Origin: Octopus sinensis | Lineage: Eukaryota | Length of the DNA: 64,000 nt | Assembly (NCBI RefSeq): GCF_006345805.1 | Contig: NC_042999.1 | Coordinates: forward strand, 117,800,001 to 117,864,000 | Reading direction: 5' to 3' | Part shown: in pieces, positions 25,875 to 39,659 of the stretch | How positions within the stretch are numbered: the stretch's first letter is position 1 | Layout: every line of letters starts with the position of its first letter | Notes under the pieces: model-generated | Told to the model about the DNA's origin: nothing | The model's database searches: none | The model's input: only the letters and a program-made list of their open reading frames with translations | Program-made: the position numbers and the translations under genes

Positions 25875-26320
25875 AAGGCGGTGAGCTGGCAGAGTCGTAA
25901 GCATACTTGGCAAAACGCTTATCGGCATTTTGTCCGTTTTTACGTTCTGAGTTCAACTTCGCCGTTACCTTTCATATTTTCGGTGTCGATAAAATAAGTA
26001 CTAGTTGAGCACAAGAGTCGATGTAACCGACTAAACCCTGCCCACCTACCAAAGTTGCTGGACGTGTGCCAAAATTTGGAACTAATATTACTTCTATAAT
26101 TAATGCGGCGAGTTGGCAGAAGTGTTAACCTGCCGGGCAACGGATTTTGAGGCATTTTGCCAGTCTTTACGTTCTAAGCTCATATTTCGCCGAGGTCGAC
26201 TTTCCCTTTCGTCTTTTCGGGATCGATAAAAGAAGTACCAGTTGAATACAGAGACTGGGAGCATTGTAATCGATTATCCACTTCACACAAAATTTCAGAC
26301 ACTGTGCCTATAGTCGGAAA
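25875..26320 (+). mobile_element. Two adjacent SINE family M copies
   Basis: Heads AAGGCGGTGAGCTGGCAGA (25875) and ATGCGGCGAGTTGGCAGAA (about 26103), each followed by a B-box and the central domain. Confidence 0.8.
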
Positions 26321-26614
26321 GAATATTAATTCTCAAATTTCAACCAATACGTATTTTCATATATTCTACAAATTACTTCATGCATATACATTCGCTATTA
26401 GTGATGGAAGCAATACTAGTTTGATATAGCATTCTGTAATATTAAACTTAACACAGATTTACAGTTGAAAGACTGGAAAATTCGGTATTATATATATCGA
26501 ATATATATATATTCTTTCATTCTTATACACACACACACTTTAATATGCAACTTCTGTAAAATATATTTTGCACCGTCGTAGAAACAGGTTTAGGTGAAAC
26601 TCAGAATAGGCTAT

Positions 26615-26652
26615 AATCTTTTCATATATCACGATATTATCTATCCGTCTGC

Positions 26653-26741
<89 letters not shown>

Positions 26742-26794
26742 ATATATATCTATATATATATATATATATATATATTTTATATATATATATATAC

Positions 26795-26839
<45 letters not shown>

Positions 26840-26860
26840 ATATATATATATACATATATT

Positions 26861-26930
<70 letters not shown>
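26615..26930. repeat. Long interrupted (TA)n microsatellite
   Basis: Directly visible. It is representative of dozens of (TA)n, (CA)n and (TATG)n tracts across the window. Confidence 0.95.
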
Positions 26931-26931
<1 letters not shown>

Positions 26932-27941
26932 AGGAATGACCACTACGTGGACATCCATATGCTAGAAGCAGAATTAACATCTGCACATTCCTGCGAGGTG
27001 TATTGGATAGGTCTGTGATAATAATTACTGTTATTATTACTACTCATAGTTGTTTCCACTATCTCGCCGTCCCATCGAAAACGAAGTTTTGGCATGATAT
27101 TTAAACATGGCTGACTCCTGATCTGTAAGTTTCAAGACTTAAACAATTAACGACGGATACCATACCCTCGTTCTTAGAAGAGTAAGGCTTATTTACGGTC
27201 AGTCATTTCGAGTCTTCTATATTCAACAATCTCACCAGTTCGATAACCAGAGTACTACAATTTACTCTTCTAATGGACAAAGTACGATGCCCAGAAAGTT
27301 TCGATATCCACAAAATTAGGGATAAAATCCCGAAAGGAACGACATGAAAAATTAAAAACTTTTACCATCTAGGATTTGGAAAATAGCTGTTCTTTCTAGC
27401 ATGTTGAATCCCATGAGTGGATTCCTTATGTGTTTAAATGTACACTGTATTTTATGAGTAATACATAGTCTTTGGACTAAATTTTTACATGCTAGGCCAC
27501 TGGAAATGAAAATTTCTATTAATTTCTATTTCCCTTCGATATGATTAAGTATTGTAAGCTTTTAGATAATTTCGGATTTTAAAAGTTGGCATTTTTTATT
27601 GCTGGTGAGGGGGCTGCATCTGTGCAGTAGATTTTGAAAAAATTAGGATGTATAAACAAAAGGCATATAATTGATTGCCTCGTGTTTATATGTTTAATCT
27701 GAGGTGTACCTGTTGATGACGATTTCACCTAGCGAATATTACTTTATTTGCTAAACTAAAATCAGAAATCAATTGGTCCAACAAACTAGATTTTAAATGT
27801 TTTTTTTTTCATTTCGTTCCTTTCGGGATGTTATCCCTAATTTTGTGGTTTTGGAACCTAGATGTTCTTTCTAGCGTGACGAATCCCATGAGTGGATTCC
27901 TTATGTGTTTAAATGTACACTGTATTTTATATATATATATA

Positions 27942-29034
27942 TTGGGTCATCCCATAAATAATGGAGTTTCTTCAATTGCATGAACTGAAGGAGGGACGTG
28001 ATAAACTATCTGCATCAACTTGCTATAAAAGTAGGCTGTAATTTTACCTTGTACTTATTCTTAGTGAAGTTTGAAAGAATGTAGTTCGATTTTAACAGTT
28101 ATCTTTTCAAAGATATAATGGAAGTGGCAAAGGAGCATATTCGGCACATTTTCCTTTATGAGTTCAATAAAGGTAACTATGTAACAGAAAGTGCGGATAA
28201 TATTAATGCAGTATATGGCGACTGGACAAATAGAGTAAGCCATTAATCGACATCTGCGTGCCATCGGAAAAGTCAGCAAATTAGGTCAATGGGTTCCTCA
28301 CAAACTTTCCGAATCTAATTGCGCGCAGAGTGTGAACGTGCGCTCTTCTTTGCTGTAACGTCTCAGAAATGCACTATTTTGGGACAGAGTAGTGACTGGT
28401 GACGAGAAATGGGTTCTCTATAAAAATGTTAAGCGCCAAAGACAGTGGATAGGGAAAGGAGAAACACCAGTAACCCTGGCTAAAGAAGATCTCCAACCAC
28501 GTAATGTGTTGTTATCTGTTTGGTGCGATATGATAGGTTTAGTCTCTTTGAACTCTTAAACCCAAACTAAACGATAACAAAGGAAATCTACTGCGAGCAG
28601 CTTGAGCGGCTTACGTCAACACTAGAATAAAAACAACCATCTTTGGGTTTAAGAAAAAAGGTGTTCTTTCATCTGGATAATGCTCGCCCACATAAAGCGA
28701 AAATGACATTCCAAAAACTGGAGCAATTTGAATGAGAAACGATGCTCACTATTTTCGCCGGACATTGCCCCATCTAATTATCATTTATTCCGCAGTCTTC
28801 ACATTCATTTGGACGGAAAAAACTGATTTCTGTAGACGAGGTCAGAACAATACTGGAGGTGTATTTTTCATCAAGGACAAGTGAATTTTGGAAGAGGTAT
28901 TTTGCAAGTCCGCAAGATGGAAAAACATTACGGAAAATGAAAGGAAGTATATTTTAGATTTTTTAAATGTTTGTTCATTTTAATTTTGAAAAATAAAAGT
29001 ATAAAAAATCTGAGTTATTTTTGAGATGACCCAA
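27942..29034 (+). mobile_element. Mariner element with both TIRs, TA target duplication and an internally deleted transposase pseudogene
   Basis: TA-TTGGGTCATCCCATAAATAA ... TTATTTTTGAGATGACCCAA-TA. ATG at 28118 (MEVAKEHIRHIFLYEFNKG), then WVPHKL, VVTGDEKWVLY and HLDNARPH. The second HTH region is deleted. Confidence 0.93.
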
Positions 29035-29036
29035 TA

Positions 29037-29072
<36 letters not shown>

Positions 29073-29290
29073 TGTATGTATGTATGTATTATGTATGTAT
29101 GTATGTATGTATGTATGTATGTATGTATGTATGTATTATGTATGCATGTATGTATGTATGTATGTATGTATGTGTGTGTGATTGAGTGTGTGTATATATA
29201 TATATAATGAATGTGTATATATATATGCACAACAAATACATACACACATGCGCGCGCACGCACGCACACATATAATTGTTATCAATATCG

Positions 29291-29334
<44 letters not shown>

Positions 29335-31954
29335 GCAGTTTTACTTCGTTAATTTTCTTGTTGCATCAATGCAATCTAACTGCAATAGAGTGATATCATT
29401 GCACAAATAACTAATATTGAAATTTTGATAACCACAGCAATTGTGAAAAATCTCACGAGATTAAATAATTTTCGTGTCTTCTGCTATTAAATAAATAATT
29501 TTCGTGTCTTCTGCTATGTTTTACTTTTACATAATAACATTAATATCTGCTTATTAATTACTTTCTTCTGCATTTTCTTCTTCGGTTTCTTTTTCTGACC
29601 CTCCTCTACCTCATCTTCATGCTTCTTTTTCTTCTTCTACCCTCCTCTTCGACGTAACAACCACTATTATCGCTCAGTCCACTAAATGATATTGACGACC
29701 TGTACAAAGCAAATGCATTGTTCTAAAACATGTCGTGTAGTCGAATTAAAGTATACTTAATAGCATCAAGCGATATTATCGATTTTGTTCGTCCTATCAT
29801 CTCCCATCTTCTCCCTCAGTACCACTTCAATCATTGTCACACCTATATAGAAAATGTCTAAAGATCGTTGTATCAACCACGAATAAAAAGAAAGTAATAA
29901 AGGAATCTATTTCTAAATGTTCAAGTAAATCGAGTGAAGACGGCTACAATACTTTACGTCCCCAGATTCAGCCAGTATTATCAAGATGTCCAATATAGCG
30001 GCACTTTTATCGAATTTTCACGGGCACTCGTGGAAAAGTAATCGAATAAGTTATTAAGTGTTTCTTACACATATATGTGCATGTATGGCTGGTAGTTTGC
30101 CGTGTTGGGAATGAAAAATCACTTCAACTAAGTAAGAAGACGTACTCGAGACTAGGTTGTCTTGTGATATGCTTCATTTAATCTGTTGTATATATATATA
30201 TATAATCCATATTCTGAAAACAGATAGAAATTGCTACCGAGCATCAGTGTTGTAACAATATTGAATGACAGCTATCAAATTATAGGAAATTATCAGTTAA
30301 AGTCCATGGAGGTTCATTATCAATTACTAATCTGATTTAAATTAAGATAACAGTATTTTAATATCTAGATATTCTCGTTTGTTCAATATCGTAGATTCAG
30401 TTCGCAAGTAAATTCTTACAAATACTTAAATTCCGACACTAACGAATTGATATATGGATATCGTCACCTGGAAGCAGAGGTGAAAATGTTCATGGATACT
30501 GTTGATTTGGTGGTATAACTGCATATATTTTGGTGTTTTAAATCTGAGTCTACATCTCGACGGATTATAGAAATGAATACTTCTTAATACTCCATTTTAT
30601 GATTATAAACTTACAAATGAAAGTGCACTTATAAAAGAATACTAAACAAAGATTCAGTTAGATGTACAAGTTCTTATGTATGCAAAATCACATAATTATA
30701 CACACATATAATAACGTAGTGGTGCAGGCAATGGCTTGAAACAGAAAGTTGATTGGAAAAACGGCTTTTTGATGAGAATTCATAACAGGTGTATTGGGGG
30801 TTCCAAAGAAGGAATAGTTAATGTGGAGAGAAAGCGTATGATCTGGTGGTGTAGATTCTTGGACAAAGAATCAAGTCCACCATGGTGATAGAACAGAAAG
30901 GTGGAGGAATCGAAGGTAGTATTGTATGCTGATTTATGAAAAGGTGTACATTGAGGAGAAAGTTATAGGGAAGAAGGTATGTATCGTGGAAAATTGTAGT
31001 GAGGAACAAAGTAAAAATTCGGACTGGATAGAAGGTTACAGTCTAATTGTATAAGATTAGGTGCAAGAAACTATAATCCAAGATTTGAGGAAAAGAAAAA
31101 CCAAGAGTTTATTTAAAGTACTCTAACGATTGAGTACATGTGTTGTAGTTGTTTTTGTATCTTTAAATAATTATTTTCACATTTTGATTAACGTAAAGGG
31201 ATGACAGAATTCATCTGAATACCTCTCAGTAATTTTTTTTATATAACCTTGATTTAGGATCCTGGAGTCAATAAAAATTGACATCAGTCTACTCTCACAT
31301 CTTTGTCCTATCTATGCTTGAAATTGTCAATAATTAATAGGACACGTATATTTCAGCGTTAGATTCATTTTGGGTGTTTTTTCATGTTCATAAGGTAACT
31401 AGAAAAGTCCTTTGACATTGACCCAAAGAATCGAAAATCACTTGTTTAGTATGAAATGAGGTTTGTTGCAGTTGTAGTAGAAGGGATCTCTCATCAAGAG
31501 GAGAATGGTGTCTTAAACCTAGTTACTTTATGTAAAATTTTACATAAGAACAAACCAAATTTCCAATTGCATTTTTAAAATTTCTATTTCAGTAAAGAGT
31601 AATTAGTACGAATTTAACCTCTCACAGGGGACTGTTTCGGGAGACATATAAAATCCTGACAACTATGCTTCCTAATTGCTATTCCATCCGAGCCTTCTTT
31701 TCTATGAAGTTAAGCAAATGTTAGAAAATACTTTTTTAACCGGCATATCAATTAGACACTGTGATGTTAGGGTACCAGCTATATTACCTAATTATACTAA
31801 TTTAACTAATGTAACTTTAGTATACGCGGAAACCTCTGCTTGATCCCTCGACTTGTTAGAAACAAGAGCAATATATCCATCATATTATAGATGAAAAGAA
31901 AGGTTGGAATAGCTTTAGCTGTATCACATTTAACTTTAAACCTGCTTCAAAGCA

Positions 31955-32003
31955 ATTATTATTATTATTATTATTATTATTGTTATTATTATTATTATTA
32001 TTA

Positions 32004-32071
<68 letters not shown>

Positions 32072-32115
32072 TATTATTATCATTATTATTATCATTATTA
32101 TTATTATTATTATTA

Positions 32116-32150
<35 letters not shown>
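31955..32150. repeat. (TAT)n microsatellite
   Basis: Directly visible. It accounts for the poly-Y, poly-I and poly-L ORFs. Confidence 0.95.
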
Positions 32151-32151
<1 letters not shown>

Positions 32152-33253
32152 GTAACTATAGTAAGTTATTATTATTTTGGTTTAGCTTACTGCATTGTAT
32201 CAATGATAAATGCTCTAACGAATCCGATAAAAATAAACAGCAATGATATAATATTAAAACAAACAAATGAAAACAACAACGATACTATATTGGAACACTT
32301 CAATACTCATACTCGAAGTATTAAGAAGCATTTTCCTTGTATTGAGATAAATATCTTTTCAAAGGGATAAACCAGATACACATGAAATATGAATATTTCA
32401 ATATTTTATTTCCACTCTACATTGGATGCAAAAAAAAACGATATTTACATTGCTAAAAAATAAAGTATCAAAAATGGAAACAATATGTGTGAATAGCTCA
32501 TAACTGCTTACTATGATTTATTATAATAACAATAATATAATATATTACATACATATGTATATATTTGCATATGTACCTTCATATATCATACACCCACATG
32601 AATATCCATACTTGCGTTACAAAGTTTTTGTATTTATTAATTCGTTGATCATTAAACACAACACAGCTGTCTTCATACAGATACATATTGTTAATAGTGT
32701 TAGAAGGAATAAGTTGTTGGATTGTAATCCAACAACTTTGATCTCAACTAGCAATGAATGGATCACGAGTTTTTAATTTTAAAAAAATCAAACTAAAAAT
32801 ACACCCATATATTCACAATATATGCATATATATATATACACTTATCCATATACAGGTGTACGTACCCACTGACACATAAAATCAAGCAACGATCACACTC
32901 TCAGGTAACACTCCTCTGATTAACATAAATATACTGAAACAATGATATACGGATGACACGCGTACAAATACACACACACACTCAGTTACACACTACTAGC
33001 TGGCATTCAGATGACCGTTCAAATTCTGTCATCCATGTAGACAAGCCCCAAGTGAGCATTAACGTCTTGGTTACTCCTTTTGTTTCATTTCTTTTTACCC
33101 TCACCTTCTCTTGTCTTTCTCCAGTCTCCATCCCCTTCGTGAGAAAAACAACGTTTAGAACGTCATAAAAATGATCTCATTTCACTTCCGTGAGCTTGGA
33201 ACAAATACATTGTTTTGTGAAATTTTCATTCATGTTCTTTATGAATTACACTT

Positions 33254-33413
33254 TTAATAACAGCTTGATTCGGCTCCATGTAACTTAACGATTCGTAGGC
33301 TCGTAAAAGACCCTAGTTCTTCAGGCTTAAGTATCCAAAATCTGAAAAGCTAGGTTCGTTTTACGAGCCCACGAAACTTTAGGTTGGTTGGAGCTGAATC
33401 AAACTGTTATTAA
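33254..33413. mobile_element. 160-bp MITE-like palindromic element
   Basis: 25-bp TIRs TTAATAACAGCTTGATTCGGCTCCA / TGGAGCTGAATCAAACTGTTATTAA (2 mismatches), plus an inner inverted repeat TCGTAGGCTCGTAAAA / TTTTACGAGCCCACGA. Confidence 0.7.
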
Positions 33414-33416
33414 ATA

Positions 33417-33469
<53 letters not shown>

Positions 33470-34804
33470 GTGAATGTTTGTGTATGCAAATATATGTGCA
33501 TGCATATAAGCACACACACAAAGATAGTTTTAGATATATGAATAAATGGACAGACAGATGAATGAGTATTGTTCTATATCAACTTATGACGATACTTGCA
33601 TCAGTATAAGTTATAGACAGAGTACACAGCATTAGAAAATGATGAAATTACAAGTGGCTTATATTTGTTAAACGCAATAAAGACATAGATGAAGAAAGAA
33701 AAGATCGATACTGGAATATAAAAGTCATACGTAAGTTGTCCCAATACACTGATTTTCTAGAATCAAGGTTTAAAGACAAATATTGTGTATAATTACAACG
33801 TATGCTATTATACTTGGCTCTGTCATCTCCGAAATGATATAGAAAAGTGAGAGCAAAATAAATACAAATTTTCTCTGCAAGTCCATTAAATTATCTCCTT
33901 TAAATCCTTTAAAGTGCACAAACATAACGTCTTTCATTTAGTATCGAAAATAAACAAGTAGAAACTAACGTCGGCGTTCACTATACATGCTATACAAACG
34001 TAATATGCTGTCGGCTCATTAAAACTTCATAATTGAAAACTTATTGCTGTAATAGTATTAAGTTCTGAATAAAGGCATTATTTTACATGTAAAGTATATT
34101 ATAATGATGAGTTCCGTATATCAAATTGACATCAAGACTTATTCTACCACCCTTTTTCACGATTCCGCTAGATTATGAGGACATAAACAGCACTGGTTAT
34201 CAATCGGCGAGAGACAGCCACAACTACAAAGACGCACACACAACTATATGCTGGACGTAACAAGGAGAGCTCAAGGTGTTCTCTTGGGGGTGGTCGTTAT
34301 CTAATGGACGTTATGCTCAAATTTTGAACATTATAAATACCTAAACTTTGGTTATGTATTCTACACTTTCCTCAATAAACATGTTTGTTACAGCCCTAGT
34401 TATTGCGCTTAAACCGGGTCCTATCCTCATAAGACGCAGTACGCAGGTAATTACTTTCAGAGTTAAAAACGAGCTGCTCAACCAGTAAATCGTTTTTTAA
34501 GTAATATTTACACATAAATGAATACTTTTAAAAAGTAAATCTTAATACATCCGGAGGCACACAACTGTCTATGTAATGTAGAGAACAAACAATATTCAAA
34601 AATAGTCAAGTAATTAAACATTTAAGCTGCAATATAATTCAAAAGACGTTACATATTAGTTTACAAAATGGATTGAGACACGAATGTAATTATTCAGGCC
34701 ACTCATCTTTATTGTAATTTCAGACCCACTGCATTATCCCACTAACAGTAAAGCAAGAAAAAATACCACACACACGCACGCTCACATATATTGTATCTTT
34801 TATC

Positions 34805-34980
34805 GGTATCAGTCATTAGAATGCAGCCATGCCGGAGCATCACCTGGAGACACCAGTGTTAGTCTTTTAAGCCTGGTGGTTATTCTCTCTGTCTCTTTTT
34901 GTCAAATTACCGGTACCTGAACACACCAATACCAGTTGTCAAGCGGTTGTGGGGGAGAAACACACACACAAAGACACTCA
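34805..34980 (-). mobile_element. SINE family T, degenerate 3' fragment
   Basis: GCAGCCATGCCGGAGCATCACC...CCAGTTGTCAAGCGGTTGTGGGGGAGAAACAC matches the family 3' half. Confidence 0.65.
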
Positions 34981-35059
34981 CGCGCAAACACACACGCACG
35001 TACACACACACATACATGACACACAGGCATGCACACATACGCAAGCCGTCCAAGTACGA

Positions 35060-37400
35060 ATTAAATCTAGTACCGTCGTTGACCCATCACCCTATCCAAA
35101 TAGTAGGGCGAAGTGCCGCTGAAAAGCGGCGCACATCTGTTCGGAGCCAGGTTGCACGCGCTCATTCCGATCTGTCAAAGACCTAATCGTGGTTTTGTTT
35201 CCGCGTCGCGATTCCACCGTTCGATCCCATCGGACAGCTTTACTTCCATCCTGCTTGAGTGCATGGGCCTTAGCTCTAACAAAGCAATCTTCGTGTTTCC
35301 CTTCGAGGAAATGGTCAAGGGTCATTCTCACAGCCAACACATCGTTCGCAATGCCCTTTTTAATTGCCTCTTCTAATTTGCTAATTAGTTCACTCTCTAA
35401 CCTATTCCTTTTAGTTGCTAACTCTTTGCTAAACTCTATCGATTCTACTTTAATCGCCCTCATCTGAGCGTCCCAACACCGTTTGTTGACGATTGTCTTG
35501 TCAACTGCCGCTTAACTAGTTCACTAATCCGGTCCTGTGTCGGAGAGGACGAGTTTAGCTTCCAGTAACCGGATCCCTGTCTACGGGTCTTATCTAACTC
35601 GACTGTACAGATCACAAACTTGTGGTCTATGTCGCCGACCAATTTAAATTATGAAACACCTACACTATCCTTATCCCCTAACCTAACAAATACTCTATCC
35701 AGATACGATCTGGATGACCCATTGTGGTTGCTCGATGTCAACACTGGCACATCAGGGAAATCCAGCCAATAACTATTAGACAATTGGAAGTCTCTGAGTA
35801 GGTTTTCGAGGCTTTTGCATCTCCTTCTTCTATGTCCTAGCCCCACACATTCCTTCTGTGCGTCCAAATTCCCATTCCACTCCCCTACTAGTACTAAACT
35901 GCGAGGCGTTCTCAGGAATGTTTCTAGACGCCTGAAGAATTGTGGCCTTCCAGCCCCTGTAGGAGCATACATGACAAGCAGTCTAAGGGCGCCACCTCCA
36001 CGACCATTCACATCTAGGACCATCAACCTGCCGCCTGGGTCCATGGGGAGTTTTCAACAGAAGTTCGTCGAACCCTACTTTTTTCAATGAATATTTGTGT
36101 TTTTCCCTACTTCTCGTATCAGCTTGCCGTTGCTCTTGCGAACGACTGTGAAACTGATGAGGTGTTCGTGTTCTCTAATAAGTTGTACGAGTTGTTCTTG
36201 TGATTGTTGTTTCTCTTCGTGTATTTGTTTCTGTTGTGGTGTTGTTTGTAGTTGTGGTTGTGGTTGAATGAGTGTGCATTGCTTTTGTTGTTGAGATTTG
36301 GGTGAATGTGTCTGTGTTGTTGTTAGTGTAGCTGATGGATTAGGCGAATTTTCCTTATCCTGTCTTTTCACTTTCAGCTTAGGACGGTCTTTTCTTGAAC
36401 CATTTTCCCCCTTTCCCTTAACACAAGACCTTCTCGGGAGATTCAATTCCTCCTCGTCTCATGATAATGCTTCTGAATCGCCAGTGTCGGGAGTATCTGG
36501 TGTATCTGTATCGCCCGTCTGTAGAGATGGTCGGGCGTTGCTTGTTTCCACCGCTACAGCTGTTGGTTCCATTGTGGTGGTGGGATTCTGCTGTTGAAGA
36601 TGTTACTTTAATGGTGTTGCTACATTGATTGTTGTTGTATCTTTTGACCTTCTTGTGGTGGTAGGGGTCGCGGTGGTAGCAGTACCGCCGTTCCTCGAGC
36701 TCCATTTTGTTGTTGTTTTGGACAGAGGGCCATCAGATGTGTGTTAGACTCAGAAGTTTGACAACTTTGTTTTCTACCTTCTACCACAACTTGGAGTTGT
36801 GTTCCGTTGGGCAGCTCAATAAGGTCGGAGACGTTATCCAGGGATTCCGGTTTTACTTGTATCAAAATCTCCAACTCGATTCCGGACCAGTTCTTCCGAT
36901 ATTCGGCTACTGCTAAGCAACCTACCACCAAATGTCTAATTCTGGTGGCACATCTGATATTTTAACTTTCACTACCCACCGTCCGAGGTATGTGGGAAGG
37001 AAAAGAAGATCCTCGTGTTCGTACTGGACCATTGAGTGTTTTTGGGCCAGTGCCTCCATTAGGAACCTCACTCCCACAGAATCATATTGTCTGCCTCGTG
37101 TGAGGAATTCAATATCAGTCCGAATGCCCTTTGAGCATTTTTCGACATGGATGTGTGGCGCATTGAAAATTTTCCTCGTCTTTAGCGACACGCATCTCTA
37201 TATGATGGTCTTTCTGGCCGTCTTCTCCATGAAGTCTGAAAGGATAATAATGATTTGCTCTGATGCAGTACCAAGCAATGGCTCTCAGGTTTCTGATTTC
37301 AACGGATTCGAAGTGTTACAATGTACATTGTTTTGTCTTGGTATAAAAGATGGGCTACAGCAAATATTCTGCTCAATACTATAGATTTGGTTGTCAGTTG
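35060..37400 (-). mobile_element. Decayed L1/Tx1-like LINE: ORF1, APE endonuclease and linker, with no RT domain
   Basis: ORF2 remnants VMYAPTG..LVLVGEWNGNLD, SYLDRVFV, DHKFV and GSGYWKLNSS (APE and L1/Tx1 linker). The ORF1 remnant has a degenerate C-x-x-C...H...CP knuckle and a Q/T-rich tail. Frameshifted. Confidence 0.8.
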
Positions 37401-37518
37401 TCTAACCTTAACCGGTTGAGCATGTCCTTTGGTGGCTGACGATATGTGCATCTCTTATCACATGCAGAGGTAGTGGAGGAGAATCAGAGCCATGTGTTGA
37501 GAAGTATTCTTCGGGGTT

Positions 37519-37598
<80 letters not shown>

Positions 37599-37602
<4 letters not shown>

Positions 37603-37960
37603 GAAATTCAAAAAATAGTGTCCACGAGAACTGCCCCTATCCTACGTAAAATATTGTCTATGTAATCTCACAAATATTTTAACCCACAAAACTGTCAAAA
37701 TACTTTTAAATGTACATAACAGAAAACACCTGTTACTGTCATCTTAACAGCAGACTATCATCTTATAATCAAATTACTTTTAAAGCAAACTTCTAATTTA
37801 CTTACGTTTTGACAGACATTCTCAAGAACAATACTCTGTGCAAAACCAAATATATGGCACCTTAGTCATTACAAGAACTTGAACTTCTAACTTGTCTCTT
37901 GAGGTCTCTGGGTGAGACTTAGAGTCATCTTGTACAAATACAAAGCAAAAACCAAACATA
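37599..37960 (+). mobile_element. R4/Dong-type 3' fragment, family B
   Basis: KEIQKIVSTRTAPILRKILSM* (compare IQKIALLGTAHILRRTLSIQ*), then about 300 bp of 3' UTR. Flanked by (TAA)n on both sides. Confidence 0.7.
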
Positions 37961-37970
37961 TAATAATAAT

Positions 37971-38125
37971 AGTTAGCTCCAGAAAGGTCTCATTAGGAAA
38001 AACAAGCTCCAGAAAACAGTGTTATTAGGGACAGCTAATATACTTAGGAGGGTTCTTGGTATCTAAGGCTACTTGTTGTTGCCCGATGTTAGGATTATTT
38101 TCTTTTCCAACAGTCTAATCTGTTG
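37971..38125 (+). mobile_element. R4/Dong-type 3' fragment, family C
   Basis: LQKTVLLGTANILRRVLGI* followed by a different short 3' UTR. Confidence 0.7.
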
Positions 38126-38465
38126 AGTGTAGGCTCAGTGGTTAGAGCGTCGAGCTTACCATCGTGAGGTTGTGAGCTCGAATCCCGGACCGGGCTGCGT
38201 GTTGTGTTCTCGAGCAAGGCACTTTATTTCACGTTGCTCCAGTTCACTCAGCTGTAGAAATGAGTTGCGACGTCACAGGTGCCAAGCTGTATCGACCTTT
38301 GTCTTTCCCTTGGATAACACTGGTGGCGTGGAGAGGGGAGGCTGGTATGCATGGGCGACTGCTAGCCTTCCATAAACAACCTTGCCCGGACTTGTGTCTA
38401 GGAGGGTAACTTTCTAGGTGCAATCCCATGGTCATTCATGACCGAAGGGGGTCTTTACCCTTTTA
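38126..38465 (+). mobile_element. tRNA-derived CORE-type SINE (family C-SINE)
   Basis: A-box TAGGCTCAGTGGTTAGAGC, B-box GAGCTCGAATCCC, CORE-like GTGTTCTCGAGCAAGGCACTTTA..CTCAGCTGTAGAAATGAG. Followed by (TAA)n/(TGA)n. Confidence 0.8.
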
Positions 38466-38543
38466 TATGAAAATAATAATAATAATGATAATAATAATAA
38501 CGCTAATGCTAATGATAATAATAATAATAATAATAATAATGAC

Positions 38544-38615
<72 letters not shown>

Positions 38616-38775
38616 AAACAAAACAATACAATACAATGTGTAGTTTGTCCATTATGTTAAAGGAAAATTATATTTGTATATGTATAGCTGTATGTAAATT
38701 TACATGCACGTTGGGCGAGTTAGTCTCGCTTATGTAACTAGACACATATTATGAAACAGCTGTAATTGGGTTAAT

Positions 38776-38807
<32 letters not shown>

Positions 38808-39155
38808 TGTATCTATCTATCTATCAGTCTGTCTGTCTGTCTGTCTGTCTGCCCGTATGTCTGTCTATCTACCTGAAGTCTGTCTGGGATATATGTGTAT
38901 ATGCGCGAATGTGTACATACAGCTATGTATTGAGAGTACATCTATGTTCCAATTTTATCACTTACCAGGGTGGTTTTCTTGTAGTATTTTTGCATCAGTT
39001 TTACTCAGACATAATTACAATATAAAAATATTAATAATCGATTTGGGACTATACTGTTCTAAATAAACTGTGACAAACACTGCTTATCTATCTTATTTTT
39101 TCTCCCTACACGCACAGAGTCACACAGACATACATACACACATGTCATTTATATA

Positions 39156-39199
<44 letters not shown>

Positions 39200-39393
39200 T
39201 ATTCAAATAAATATAGATATATACAAATACATATGCGCATGTATACATAAACGTATATGCTGTATACACACACATATTTATACACACGTAGATACACATG
39301 TACATTTATAAATTCTTACATAAACACAAACATACAACCTATCTATCTATTCATTTATCTATGTATCTATCTGCCTGCCTTTCTGTATCTCTG

Positions 39394-39470
<77 letters not shown>

Positions 39471-39485
39471 TTGTCTGTATGTATG

Positions 39486-39563
<78 letters not shown>

Positions 39564-39659
39564 GTATGAATGACGAAGCCACCTTGAGGATGATCCTATG
39601 AACCCAGAAATTGAAAACAGAGAGTTGCTTATTCGCAAAAAAAAAGAAAAAAAAGAAAT

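Noticed and set aside
27050-27124. 75-nt candidate exon (AG acceptor, GTAAGT donor)
   Set aside because: All three frames contain stops. It could only be a UTR or noncoding exon, and that cannot be supported without RNA data.
37408-37520. Possible 5' UTR or HDV-like ribozyme of the Tx1-like LINE
   Set aside because: I could not build the nested double pseudoknot. The segment may belong to a separate plus-strand repeat running into (TAA)n.
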